Part shown: positions 50,951 to 60,163 of the stretch, in pieces
Position numbering within the stretch: position 1 is the stretch's first letter
How the letters are laid out: every line of letters starts with the position of its first letter
Assembly (NCBI RefSeq): GCF_056746865.1
Contig: NZ_CM163382.1
Reading direction: 5' to 3' (one strand)
Length of the DNA stretch: 64,000 nt
Made by a program: the position numbers and the translations under genes
The notes under the pieces: model-generated
Told to the model about the DNA's origin: nothing
Database searches by the model: none
What the model saw: the letters and a program-made list of their open reading frames with translations, nothing else

Positions 50951-52003
50951 TCAAAGTTCCGCGTACATGCGACCGGGGTTAAACACGCCGCAAGGGTCGA
51001 GCTGCTGTTTAAGCTGCTGGTGATAGCGGAATAAAGGAGCCGATAGCGGGGCAAAGCCACCATCTCCGGCACTAAAGCGGGTCGCATGACCGCCAGCGTT
51101 GCGGGCGATGCGATGGATTTGATTGTCCTCGGCTGTCGATTTCAGCCAGCGTAACGCACCGCCCCAGTCGATCAGTTGCTCGCCGGGTAAATCCATCATC
51201 GGCGCATCGCTGGGTAATGAAATGCGCCATAAGGTACCTGGTAACGAGAAGAACGGCAGTTGTTGTTCACGCAATTGCTGCCAGAACTGACCCGCAACCT
51301 CTTCGCCCCCCAGCAGTTCACGCGCCGCTTTTACCGATCCTTCGCCGCCCTCAAGGCGGATCCACAACGCATTGTCGAAGTAACATAAGCCACTAATGGG
51401 TAGCGGCTGGAGTTGCCACTGGGCGATTTCGTTCATGGCTTCTTGCAGGCTGATTTCCCGACGCAGGCTCAGGGAGGCGCGCGGTCGCGGTAACACTTTC
51501 ATCGAGATTTCAGTGAGCACGCCAAGACAACCGTAGCTTCCGGCCATTAACCGTGAGAGATCGTATCCGGCAACGTTTTTCATCACTTCACCACCAAAAC
51601 GCAGATGTTTTCCAGCGCCGGTAATGATGCGCGTGCCGAGGACAAAATCGCGGACCGAACCGCTCCACGGGCGACGCGGCCCCGCCAGCCCGCAGGCGAC
51701 CATCCCGCCCCAGGTGGCTTCTTCACCATAATGCGGCGGCTCACAGGGGAGCATTTGCCCGGCGCTCTCCAGCGCCGCTTCAATCGCCACCAGCGGCGTT
51801 CCGGCACGCGCGGTTATCACCAGCTCGGTCGGGTCGTAATTAACAATGCCGCGATGACAACGCACATCCAGCGTTTGCCCGGTGACAGGGCGACCTAAAA
51901 AGGCTTTGCTATTGCTGCCCTGAATCACCAGCGGCGTTTTATCGCTAATTGCCTGATTCACCTGCTCCAGCAGCGCCTGGCTGTAATCACACTCGCGTAG
52001 CAT
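50951..52003 (-). CDS. glcE: glycolate oxidase FAD-binding subunit
   Basis: 350 aa, FAD-binding PCMH-type domain. Confidence 0.9.
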   Translation of the reverse strand: MLRECDYSQALLEQVNQAISDKTPLVIQGSNSKAFLGRPVTGQTLDVRCHRGIVNYDPTELVITARAGTPLVAIEAALESAGQMLPCEPPHYGEEATWGGMVACGLAGPRRPWSGSVRDFVLGTRIITGAGKHLRFGGEVMKNVAGYDLSRLMAGSYGCLGVLTEISMKVLPRPRASLSLRREISLQEAMNEIAQWQLQPLPISGLCYFDNALWIRLEGGEGSVKAARELLGGEEVAGQFWQQLREQQLPFFSLPGTLWRISLPSDAPMMDLPGEQLIDWGGALRWLKSTAEDNQIHRIARNAGGHATRFSAGDGGFAPLSAPLFRYHQQLKQQLDPCGVFNPGRMYAEL

Positions 52004-53502
52004 CAGAAACGCTCCAGTTCAGGGAAAGGTAAATGACCGTGATGCACATGCATGGCACCAAATTCAGCACAGCGGTGTAGCGTGGGAATGTTTTTCCCAG
52101 GGTTCAGCAAACCATCGGGGTCAAACGCCGCCTTGACCGCATGGAAGGTCGTGATTTCATCGCTGTTGAACTGGGCGCACATTTGATTGATTTTTTCTCG
52201 CCCGATGCCATGTTCCCCACTGATGCTGCCGCCAACTTCAACGCAGAGTTCGAGGATCTTCCCACCCAGCTCTTCCGCGCGGGCAAATTCACCGGGTTCG
52301 TTGGCATCGAAAAGGATTAACGGGTGCATGTTGCCATCTCCGGCATGAAAGACGTTGGCAACGCGTAAATCATATTGCTGCGATAAACGGGCAATGCCTT
52401 CCAGTACGCCAGGCAGTGCGCGACGCGGGATGGTGCCATCCATGCAGTAGTAATCCGGGGAGATACGTCCTACCGCCGGGAACGCATTTTTGCGACCGGC
52501 CCAGAAACGTACGCGCTCTGCTTCGTCCTGTGCCAGACGGACGTCAGTCGCACCCGCTTTCAACAAGATGTCGTTAACCCGCTCGCAGTCTTCCTGTACG
52601 TCAGACTCCACGCCGTCCAGTTCGCATAACAAAATCGCTTCGGCGTCGACGGGATAACCGGCATGAATAAAATCTTCCGCCGCGCGGATCGACAGGTTAT
52701 CCATCATCTCCAGCCCGCCGGGGATAATGCCATTAGCGATGATGTCACCAACCGCAAGTCCGGCTTTTTCTACCGAGTCAAAGCTTGCTAACAGAACCCG
52801 CGCCACGGGCGGCTTCGGCAACAGCTTCACCGTCACTTCGGTGGTCACGCCGAGCATACCTTCCGATCCGGTGAACAACGCCAGCAGGTCAAAACCAGGC
52901 GAATCCAGCGCATCCGATCCTAGCGTCAGCGCCTCGCCATCCAGCGTTTGCACTTCAATTTTCAGCAGGTTATGTACGGTCAGACCATATTTCAGGCAGT
53001 GGACGCCGCCGGCATTTTCCGCCACATTGCCGCCAATCGAGCAGGCGATTTGTGAGGAAGGATCCGGCGCGTAATAGAGATTATGCGGCGCAACGGCCTG
53101 GGAGATCGCCAGGTTACGCACGCCCGGCTGCACGCGCGCGCGGCGACCAACGGGGTTAATGTCGAGGATCTCTTTAAAGCGCGCCATCACCAACAACACA
53201 CCTTTTTCCAGCGGCAGCGCGCCACCAGAAAGCCCGGTGCCTGCACCACGGGTCACCACCGGCACACGCAGGCGGTGGCAGACAGCCAGAATCGCCGTCA
53301 CCTGTTCCATCTGCTTAGGCAGAACAACCAGTAATGGACGCGTGCGATACGCGCTCAACCCGTCACACTCGTAAGGAATGATCTCCTCATCGGTATGCAG
53401 GATCTCAAGTCCAGGGACATGCTCACGCAGTGCCATCAGTACCGATGTGCGGTCGACATCGGGTAAAGCGCCATCAAGACGCTCTTCGTACAAGATGCTC
53501 AT
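52003..53502 (-). CDS. glcD: glycolate oxidase subunit GlcD (FAD-linked oxidase)
   Basis: 499 aa. MSILYEERLDGALPDVDRTSVLMALREHVPGLEILHTDEEIIPYECDG matches E. coli GlcD. Confidence 0.93.
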   Translation of the reverse strand: MSILYEERLDGALPDVDRTSVLMALREHVPGLEILHTDEEIIPYECDGLSAYRTRPLLVVLPKQMEQVTAILAVCHRLRVPVVTRGAGTGLSGGALPLEKGVLLVMARFKEILDINPVGRRARVQPGVRNLAISQAVAPHNLYYAPDPSSQIACSIGGNVAENAGGVHCLKYGLTVHNLLKIEVQTLDGEALTLGSDALDSPGFDLLALFTGSEGMLGVTTEVTVKLLPKPPVARVLLASFDSVEKAGLAVGDIIANGIIPGGLEMMDNLSIRAAEDFIHAGYPVDAEAILLCELDGVESDVQEDCERVNDILLKAGATDVRLAQDEAERVRFWAGRKNAFPAVGRISPDYYCMDGTIPRRALPGVLEGIARLSQQYDLRVANVFHAGDGNMHPLILFDANEPGEFARAEELGGKILELCVEVGGSISGEHGIGREKINQMCAQFNSDEITTFHAVKAAFDPDGLLNPGKNIPTLHRCAEFGAMHVHHGHLPFPELERF

Positions 53503-53752
53503 GAGTAGGCTTCGCTTTGTTGTGTTGTGTGGCAGCTGATTTTTGCGCGCTGCTTCTGTGAACAGTTATTAAGCGGGCTTTTCGTTTTCGTCTATCTCTT
53601 TAGCTACCGGTCAGACCATTTTTTTTCCAGCTCTGTGACCTTGTCTTGGTTAACTCAATGTTAAATTGATGTAACATAATCACTTACGTGATGTGCGTGT
53701 TTTGCGAGTTAAGAACAGAAAAATTGGTCCTACCTGTGCACGAGGTCCGGGA
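53503..53752. promoter_or_regulatory. divergent glcC / glcD promoter-operator region
   Basis: 250-bp intergenic region between divergent glcD (minus) and glcC (plus). Position only; no individual sites mapped. Confidence 0.5.
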
Positions 53753-54517
53753 ATGAAAGATGAACGTCGCCCTATTTGCGAAGTGGTTGCAGAGAGTATC
53801 GAACGGTTAATTATCGACGGCGTACTGAAGGTCGGTCAGCCGCTTCCCTCGGAACGTCGACTGTGTGAAAAGCTCGGCTTCTCACGCTCCGCACTGCGTG
53901 AAGGGCTGACCGTGCTGCGCGGGCGCGGGATTATTGAAACGGCGCAGGGTCGCGATTCTCGTGTCGCACGGCTTAATCGGGTGCAGGACACCAGCCCGCT
54001 AATTCATCTGTTCAGCACGCAGCCGCGAACGCTGTACGATCTGCTCGACGTTCGCGCATTACTGGAGGGCGAATCGGCAAGGCTGGCGGCAACGCTGGGA
54101 ACGCAGGCTGATTTTGTTGTGATAACTCGCTGTTATGAAAAAATGCTCGCCGCCAGTGAGAATAACAAAGAGATTTCGCTGATCGAACATGCGCAGTTGG
54201 ATCACGCTTTCCATCTCGCCATTTGTCAGGCTTCTCACAATCAGGTGCTGGTGTTTACGCTGCAATCATTGACCGATCTGATGTTTAATTCAGTGTTTGC
54301 CAGCGTAAATAATCTCTACCATCGACCACAGCAAAAAAAGCAGATCGATCGCCAGCATGCGCGGATCTACAACGCGGTGTTGCAGCGGCTGCCGCACGTC
54401 GCCCAGCGCGCAGCACGCGATCATGTGCGGACCGTGAAAAAGAATCTCCACGATATCGAGCTGGAAGGCCACCATTTGATTCGCTCGGCGGTGCCGCTGG
54501 AGATGAACCTGAGTTAG
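53753..54517 (+). CDS. glcC: GntR/FadR-family transcriptional activator of the glc operon
   Basis: 254 aa from the internal Met (MKDERRPICEVVAESIERLIIDG...), HTH GntR N-terminus and FCD domain. Divergent from glcD. Confidence 0.9.
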   Translation: MKDERRPICEVVAESIERLIIDGVLKVGQPLPSERRLCEKLGFSRSALREGLTVLRGRGIIETAQGRDSRVARLNRVQDTSPLIHLFSTQPRTLYDLLDVRALLEGESARLAATLGTQADFVVITRCYEKMLAASENNKEISLIEHAQLDHAFHLAICQASHNQVLVFTLQSLTDLMFNSVFASVNNLYHRPQQKKQIDRQHARIYNAVLQRLPHVAQRAARDHVRTVKKNLHDIELEGHHLIRSAVPLEMNLS

Positions 54518-54523
54518 CTGGTA

Positions 54524-55744
54524 TTAAATTTGCTTTTCATACAATCGGTAACGCTTGTACGGCTCCGCCCCAATGCGTTCCAGCATGTTATTCATGCCTG
54601 TATTGGTTTCGAGGATCCATGACATCTCCAGCGCATCGATCTTCCGGCGGGCAAACGGATCGCGTAAGGCTTCAATCAATAACAGCGCAATCACCGGGCC
54701 GATGCGGCTGAACTGATACTCGTCGCGCACGCCCATCAGCGGTACTCGCGCAGTTCGCACACCGCTGACTTTCAAACGCCACAGCAATTTTGCCCAGCCG
54801 AAGGGAAAGAGCGATCCGTTCAGATCGGCAATCGCCTCGTTGATGTTCGGCAAGCCGACAATAAACGCGCAGGGTGCAGAATCAATCTCAGCGATATAGA
54901 TCATATCGTCCGGCACCAGATATTTAAGTTGATCGCCCATGGTCGCGAATTCATGTTCGGTAAACGGCACAAATCCCCAGTTGTGCTGCCAGCCAGAGTT
55001 GAAAATCTCACGCAGGATCTGCATCTCTTCGGCAAACCGCTGACGATTGATGCAGCGAATGGTCACCTTTTTGCGCACCTGATCCATCAGTTTTTTTAGC
55101 GCCGGAGAGAAAGTGAGATCGGTTCGCTGCATCCACCACGCCAGTAAATCAATGCCTTTGTGATAACCCAGTTGTTCAATATGCGCGGCATACCACGGTT
55201 TGCCGTGTGGCATCATCGCACAGGGTGGTGTGTCAAAACCTTCAATCAGTAATCCGCTTTCCTGATTGATATTCAGGCTGAAAGGACCGCTGATCTTACT
55301 TGCACCTTGTGACTTCAACCACGCTTCCGCTGCGCCAAACAACGCGGCAAAAACCTGCGGATCATCAATGGCGTCAATCATGCCGAAATGACCGGTATCT
55401 TTGCCGTAACGCTCGCGGTGCAAGGTATCTATTTGCGCGGTAATACGCCCAACTATCTGCCCCGCTTTTTTTGCCACCCACGCCTGCCAGATGATATGGT
55501 CCGTCCCCGGATTTTTCGCAGACAAATGCTCGTTGCGTTCAATGAATAAAGGGGGTATCCAGTTTGGATCGTCGGGATAAAGTGATGACGGAAAAGCGAT
55601 AAATGCCTTAAGGTCATTTTTATTAATTACTTTTTCAATTTTAATCATCAGCAGATCGCATTCCATAGTTCTGTTCTGTGGGTAACAAATAATTAACGGT
55701 GACAAACAGGTTGCAACAGCAACGAACGGCACCTTAATAATCAA
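54524..55744 (-). CDS. yghO: YghO-like protein, possible acyl-CoA N-acyltransferase fold (uncertain)
   Basis: 406-aa track ORF; the true start is probably an internal Met (MECDLL... or MIKIEKV...). Position next to glcC matches E. coli yghO. The fold assignment is an inference. Confidence 0.5.
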   Translation of the reverse strand: MIIKVPFVAVATCLSPLIICYPQNRTMECDLLMIKIEKVINKNDLKAFIAFPSSLYPDDPNWIPPLFIERNEHLSAKNPGTDHIIWQAWVAKKAGQIVGRITAQIDTLHRERYGKDTGHFGMIDAIDDPQVFAALFGAAEAWLKSQGASKISGPFSLNINQESGLLIEGFDTPPCAMMPHGKPWYAAHIEQLGYHKGIDLLAWWMQRTDLTFSPALKKLMDQVRKKVTIRCINRQRFAEEMQILREIFNSGWQHNWGFVPFTEHEFATMGDQLKYLVPDDMIYIAEIDSAPCAFIVGLPNINEAIADLNGSLFPFGWAKLLWRLKVSGVRTARVPLMGVRDEYQFSRIGPVIALLLIEALRDPFARRKIDALEMSWILETNTGMNNMLERIGAEPYKRYRLYEKQI

Positions 55745-56033
55745 CCCAATGAATACAAACGACGAATAAATAGTATTTATTAATGATTACGATAAGGTCA
55801 GAGACTACACAGAAGCGCCACAATGCCTTTTGTCGATTTAAGGCGACCGGACAAGGCTTCTTCTTAATATATTCATAAATTAAATATCATTCACAATAAA
55901 AACAAAAAAACTCAAACTCATTATTTAAATCAATGTTCATTTTCACACTGATGAAAATACTATCTCATTTATCTTTTATGCCTATATAATCCACCGCATT
56001 ATTGTCATTTTATTTTGGATATCCAATTTTTTC
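55745..56033. promoter_or_regulatory. AT-rich divergent promoter region between yghO-like gene and the lipid operon
   Basis: 289-bp AT-rich intergenic region between divergently oriented genes. No individual promoter elements mapped. Confidence 0.3.
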
Positions 56034-57764
56034 GTGGTGTATATGTCTAATAAAATCTTTACGCATTCCCTACCTATGCGCTATGCCGATTTTCCAACGC
56101 TTGTTGATGCTTTGGACTACGCCGCTCTGAGTAGCGCCGGAATGAATTTTTATGACAGACGTTGCCAACTTGAAGATCAACTGGAATATCAGACGTTAAA
56201 AGCACGTGCCGAAGCTGGTGCGAAGCGGTTGTTATCGCTGAACCTGAAAAAAGGCGATCGCGTGGCACTGATTGCCGAAACAAGTAGCGAGTTCGTAGAG
56301 GCTTTTTTTGCCTGCCAGTATGCCGGCTTAGTCGCCGTCCCGTTGGCGATTCCAATGGGCGTTGGTCAGCGGGATTCCTGGAGCGCCAAATTGCAGGGTT
56401 TACTGGCAAGTTGCCAGCCCGCAGCCATTATCACTGGTGATGAGTGGTTGCCACTGGTCAATGCCGCGACGCATGACAACCCCGAATTACATGTTTTAAG
56501 CCACGCCTGGTTTAAGGCATTACCGGAAGCCGATGTTGCGCTCCAGCGTCCAGTTCCGAACGATATCGCCTACCTCCAGTACACCTCCGGCAGCACCCGT
56601 TTTCCCCGTGGCGTCATTATCACCCATCGCGAAGTGATGGCTAATCTACGTGCTATAAGCCACGACGGCATTAAATTACGCCCTGGCGACCGCTGCGTCT
56701 CCTGGCTGCCTTTCTACCATGATATGGGACTGGTCGGCTTTCTCCTGACCCCCGTCGCCACGCAGCTTTCAGTAGATTATTTGCGCACTCAGGATTTTGC
56801 CATGCGTCCTCTGCAATGGCTTAAATTGATCAGTAAAAATCGCGGCACCGTTTCCGTTGCGCCGCCGTTTGGCTATGAATTGTGCCAGCGCCGCGTGAAT
56901 GAAAAAGATCTCGCTGAACTGGATCTTTCCTGCTGGCGCGTCGCTGGTATTGGTGCAGAACCCATCTCCGCAGAACAACTCCATCAATTCGCTGAATGTT
57001 TCCGTCAGGTTAACTTTGACAATAAAACTTTCATGCCGTGCTACGGACTGGCAGAAAATGCGCTGGCTGTCAGCTTCTCTGATGAAGCCTCCGGGGTTGT
57101 GGTTAACGAAGTGGATCGCGACATCCTCGAATATCAGGGTAAAGCCGTCGCGCCGGGTGCAGAGACACGCGCCGTATCGACTTTCGTCAACTGCGGCAAA
57201 GCGTTGCCGGAACATGGTATTGAAATCCGCAATGAAGCAGGTATGCCGGTCGCGGAACGTGTGGTAGGCCATATTTGCATCTCCGGTCCCAGTCTGATGA
57301 GCGGTTACTTTGGCGACCAGGTTTCGCAAGACGAGATTGCCGCGACGGGCTGGTTAGACACCGGCGACCTCGGTTATCTGCTGGACGGTTATCTGTATGT
57401 CACCGGACGCATTAAAGATCTGATTATTATTCGTGGCCGTAATATCTGGCCGCAGGATATTGAATATATAGCGGAACAGGAACCGGAAATTCATTCTGGC
57501 GATGCGATTGCTTTTGTTACCGCCCAGGAAAAAATCATTTTGCAGATCCAGTGTCGGATCAGCGACGAAGAACGTCGCGGGCAGCTTATCCACGCGCTGG
57601 CGGCACGGATCCAAAGCGAATTTGGCGTGACCGCGGCTATCGATCTGTTGCCGCCCCACAGTATTCCCCGAACGTCCTCCGGCAAGCCTGCCCGTGCGGA
57701 AGCGAAAAAACGTTATCAGAAGGCTTATGCTGCCAGTCTTAATGTGCAGGAATCCCTGGCATGA
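56034..57764 (+). CDS. fatty acyl-AMP ligase / acyl-ACP synthetase (ANL superfamily)
   Basis: 576 aa, AMP-binding motif YLQYTSGSTRFPRGV, then YGLAEN and C-terminal GRIKDLIIIRGRNIWPQDIE typical of FAAL-type adenylating enzymes. Confidence 0.8.
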   Translation: MVYMSNKIFTHSLPMRYADFPTLVDALDYAALSSAGMNFYDRRCQLEDQLEYQTLKARAEAGAKRLLSLNLKKGDRVALIAETSSEFVEAFFACQYAGLVAVPLAIPMGVGQRDSWSAKLQGLLASCQPAAIITGDEWLPLVNAATHDNPELHVLSHAWFKALPEADVALQRPVPNDIAYLQYTSGSTRFPRGVIITHREVMANLRAISHDGIKLRPGDRCVSWLPFYHDMGLVGFLLTPVATQLSVDYLRTQDFAMRPLQWLKLISKNRGTVSVAPPFGYELCQRRVNEKDLAELDLSCWRVAGIGAEPISAEQLHQFAECFRQVNFDNKTFMPCYGLAENALAVSFSDEASGVVVNEVDRDILEYQGKAVAPGAETRAVSTFVNCGKALPEHGIEIRNEAGMPVAERVVGHICISGPSLMSGYFGDQVSQDEIAATGWLDTGDLGYLLDGYLYVTGRIKDLIIIRGRNIWPQDIEYIAEQEPEIHSGDAIAFVTAQEKIILQIQCRISDEERRGQLIHALAARIQSEFGVTAAIDLLPPHSIPRTSSGKPARAEAKKRYQKAYAASLNVQESLA

Positions 57765-58675
57765 ATCAAACTGTCGCGGTGACGGGCGCTACCGGGTTTA
57801 TCGGTAAATATATTATCGATAACCTGCTCGCCCGCGGCTTTCACGTTCGCGCATTGACGCGTACTGCCCGCGCTCACGTCAATGATAATCTCACCTGGGT
57901 GCGCGGTTCGCTGGAAGATACTCATTCACTTAGCGAGCTGGTTGCCGGAGCCAGCGTAGTGGTCCATTGCGCCGGGCAAGTGCGCGGGCACAAAGAAGAG
58001 ATTTTCACCCGCTGTAACGTTGACGGCAGCCTGCGCCTGATGCAAGCAGCAAAAGAGAGCGGCTTTTGCCAACGTTTTCTGTTTATCTCTTCGCTGGCGG
58101 CGCGCCATCCCGAGCTCTCCTGGTATGCAAAATCCAAATACGTCGCCGAGCAACGACTGGCAGCAATGGCGGACGAAATTACGCTGGGCGTTTTTCGCCC
58201 GACAGCCGTGTATGGTCCCGGCGATAAAGAGTTAAAACCGCTGTTTGACTGGATGCTGCGCGGCCTGCTGCCACGACTTGGTGCGCCAGATACACAGCTC
58301 TCTTTTCTGCACGTCACCGATTTCGCGCAAGCAGTGGGTCAGTGGTTAAGCGCCGAAACTATACAGACGCAAACCTATGAATTATGCGATGGCGTCGTCG
58401 GCGGCTATGACTGGCAACGCGTACAGCAACTTGCCGCCGACGCCCGTTGCGGTTCCGTGCGAATGGTTGGCATTCCTCTGCCGGTACTCACCGGCCTTGC
58501 GGATATCAGTACCGCGTTGAGTCGCCTGGCAGGTAAAGAACCTATGCTGACCCGCTCGAAAATTCGTGAATTAACCCACGCCGACTGGTCGGCAAGTAAT
58601 AACCGTATTTCTGAAGATATTAATTGGTTTCCCGGGATTAGCCTGGAACACGCATTACGCAACGGGCTATTTTGA
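57761..58675 (+). CDS. NAD(P)-dependent epimerase/dehydratase-family (extended SDR) reductase
   Basis: 304 aa, VAVTGATGFIGKYI Rossmann motif and YAKSK catalytic YxxxK. Start overlaps the upstream stop (ATGA). Confidence 0.75.
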   Translation: MNQTVAVTGATGFIGKYIIDNLLARGFHVRALTRTARAHVNDNLTWVRGSLEDTHSLSELVAGASVVVHCAGQVRGHKEEIFTRCNVDGSLRLMQAAKESGFCQRFLFISSLAARHPELSWYAKSKYVAEQRLAAMADEITLGVFRPTAVYGPGDKELKPLFDWMLRGLLPRLGAPDTQLSFLHVTDFAQAVGQWLSAETIQTQTYELCDGVVGGYDWQRVQQLAADARCGSVRMVGIPLPVLTGLADISTALSRLAGKEPMLTRSKIRELTHADWSASNNRISEDINWFPGISLEHALRNGLF

Positions 58676-58706
58676 TTGTCTTGTTTAAAGGTGTGTTAAC
58701 GTTTCT

Positions 58707-58955
58707 ATGGTAAATCGTGAAATAGTAATGGATTACATCCTTTCCTGTTTACAGGATTTGGTCGAAAACGGTGTGGAAATTAAGCCCGACAGCGATCTCG
58801 TCAACGATCTTGGCCTGGAGTCGATCAAAGTGATGGATCTCTTAATGATGCTGGAAGACAGATTCGATATTTCCATTCCTATTAATATTCTGCTGGATGT
58901 CAAAACCCCTGCGCAATTAATGGAAACTCTACTTCCATGGCTGGAGAATAAATAA
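58707..58955 (+). CDS. acyl carrier protein
   Basis: 82 aa (true start perhaps an internal Met), DLGLESIKVMDL helix-II motif with a candidate phosphopantetheine serine. Confidence 0.65.
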   Translation: MVNREIVMDYILSCLQDLVENGVEIKPDSDLVNDLGLESIKVMDLLMMLEDRFDISIPINILLDVKTPAQLMETLLPWLENK

Positions 58956-60127
58956 TGGGGCTATACGATAAATATGCGCGCCTTGCTGGCGAGCGACTGC
59001 AATTTAGTGACAACGGGTTAACACCGTTTGGCACCTGTATTGATGAAGTGTATTCCGCCACCGAAGGCCGGATCGGCAATAAAAAAGTGATTCTGGCCGG
59101 GACCAATAATTATCTCGGTTTAACCTTTAATCATGATGCCATCAGCGAAGGTCAGGCCGCGTTAGCGGCCCAAGGTACCGGCACCACCGGTTCTCGTATG
59201 GCAAACGGCAGTTATGCGCCGCACCTGGCGTTAGAGAAAGAGATTGCCGAGTTTTTCAATCGCCCTACCGCTATCGTTTTTTCAACCGGTTATACCGCTA
59301 ATTTAGGCGTCATCAGCGCACTTGCCGACCATAACGCCGTGGTGTTACTGGATGCCGACAGCCACGCCAGTATTTATGACGCCTGTTCTCTCGGTGGCGC
59401 GGAAATTATTCGTTTCCGCCATAACGATGCTAAAGATCTGGAACGGCGCATGGTTCGCCTCGGTGAACGGGCGAAAGAGGCGATTATCATCGTTGAGGGT
59501 ATCTACAGCATGCTCGGTGACGTTGCGCCGTTAGCGGAAATTGTTGATATCAAACGTCGTCTCGGTGGTTATTTGATTGTCGATGAAGCGCATTCGTTTG
59601 GCGTGTTAGGCGCAACGGGGCGCGGACTGGCTGAAGCTGTCGGCGTTGAAGATGATGTGGATATTATCGTTGGCACCTTCAGTAAAAGTCTGGCCTCGAT
59701 TGGCGGTTTTGCTGTCGGTTCGGAAGCGATGGAAGTGCTGCGCTACGGCAGCCGCCCGTATATTTTTACCGCCTCTCCTTCTCCGTCCTGCATTGCGACC
59801 GTGCGCTCGTCGTTAAGAACTATTGCCACACAACCAGAGCTGCGGCAAAAGCTGATGGATAATGCCAACCATCTGTATGACGGTCTGCAAAAACTGGGTT
59901 ATGAGTTAAGTTCACATATTAGCCCGGTAGTGCCGGTAATAATCGGTTCGAAAGAGGACGGTTTACGCATCTGGCGCGAGCTTATTTCGCTGGGCGTTTA
60001 TGTGAATCTTATCCTGCCACCTGCCGCGCCTGCAGGCATCACGCTGCTGCGCTGTAGCGTAAACGCTGCTCACAGTCGTGAGCAAATCGATGCCATCATT
60101 CAGGCATTTGCTACTCTGAAGCAGTAA
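58955..60127 (+). CDS. alpha-oxoamine synthase family PLP enzyme (BioF/Kbl/serine palmitoyltransferase-like)
   Basis: 390 aa, GTTGSRMANG, DEAHSFG and the PLP-lysine motif GTFSKSL. Start overlaps the ACP stop (TAATG). Confidence 0.85.
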   Translation: MGLYDKYARLAGERLQFSDNGLTPFGTCIDEVYSATEGRIGNKKVILAGTNNYLGLTFNHDAISEGQAALAAQGTGTTGSRMANGSYAPHLALEKEIAEFFNRPTAIVFSTGYTANLGVISALADHNAVVLLDADSHASIYDACSLGGAEIIRFRHNDAKDLERRMVRLGERAKEAIIIVEGIYSMLGDVAPLAEIVDIKRRLGGYLIVDEAHSFGVLGATGRGLAEAVGVEDDVDIIVGTFSKSLASIGGFAVGSEAMEVLRYGSRPYIFTASPSPSCIATVRSSLRTIATQPELRQKLMDNANHLYDGLQKLGYELSSHISPVVPVIIGSKEDGLRIWRELISLGVYVNLILPPAAPAGITLLRCSVNAAHSREQIDAIIQAFATLKQ

Positions 60128-60133
60128 TGTGAG

Positions 60134-60163
60134 CCCGCCGTGGTGTTGCGCCACGGCGGGTTT
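60134..60163. terminator. hairpin terminator between convergent operons
   Basis: Perfect inverted repeat cccgccgtgg / ccacggcggg with a 7-nt loop, 6 nt after the AOS stop and abutting the stop of the convergent permease gene, followed by TTT. Confidence 0.55.
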
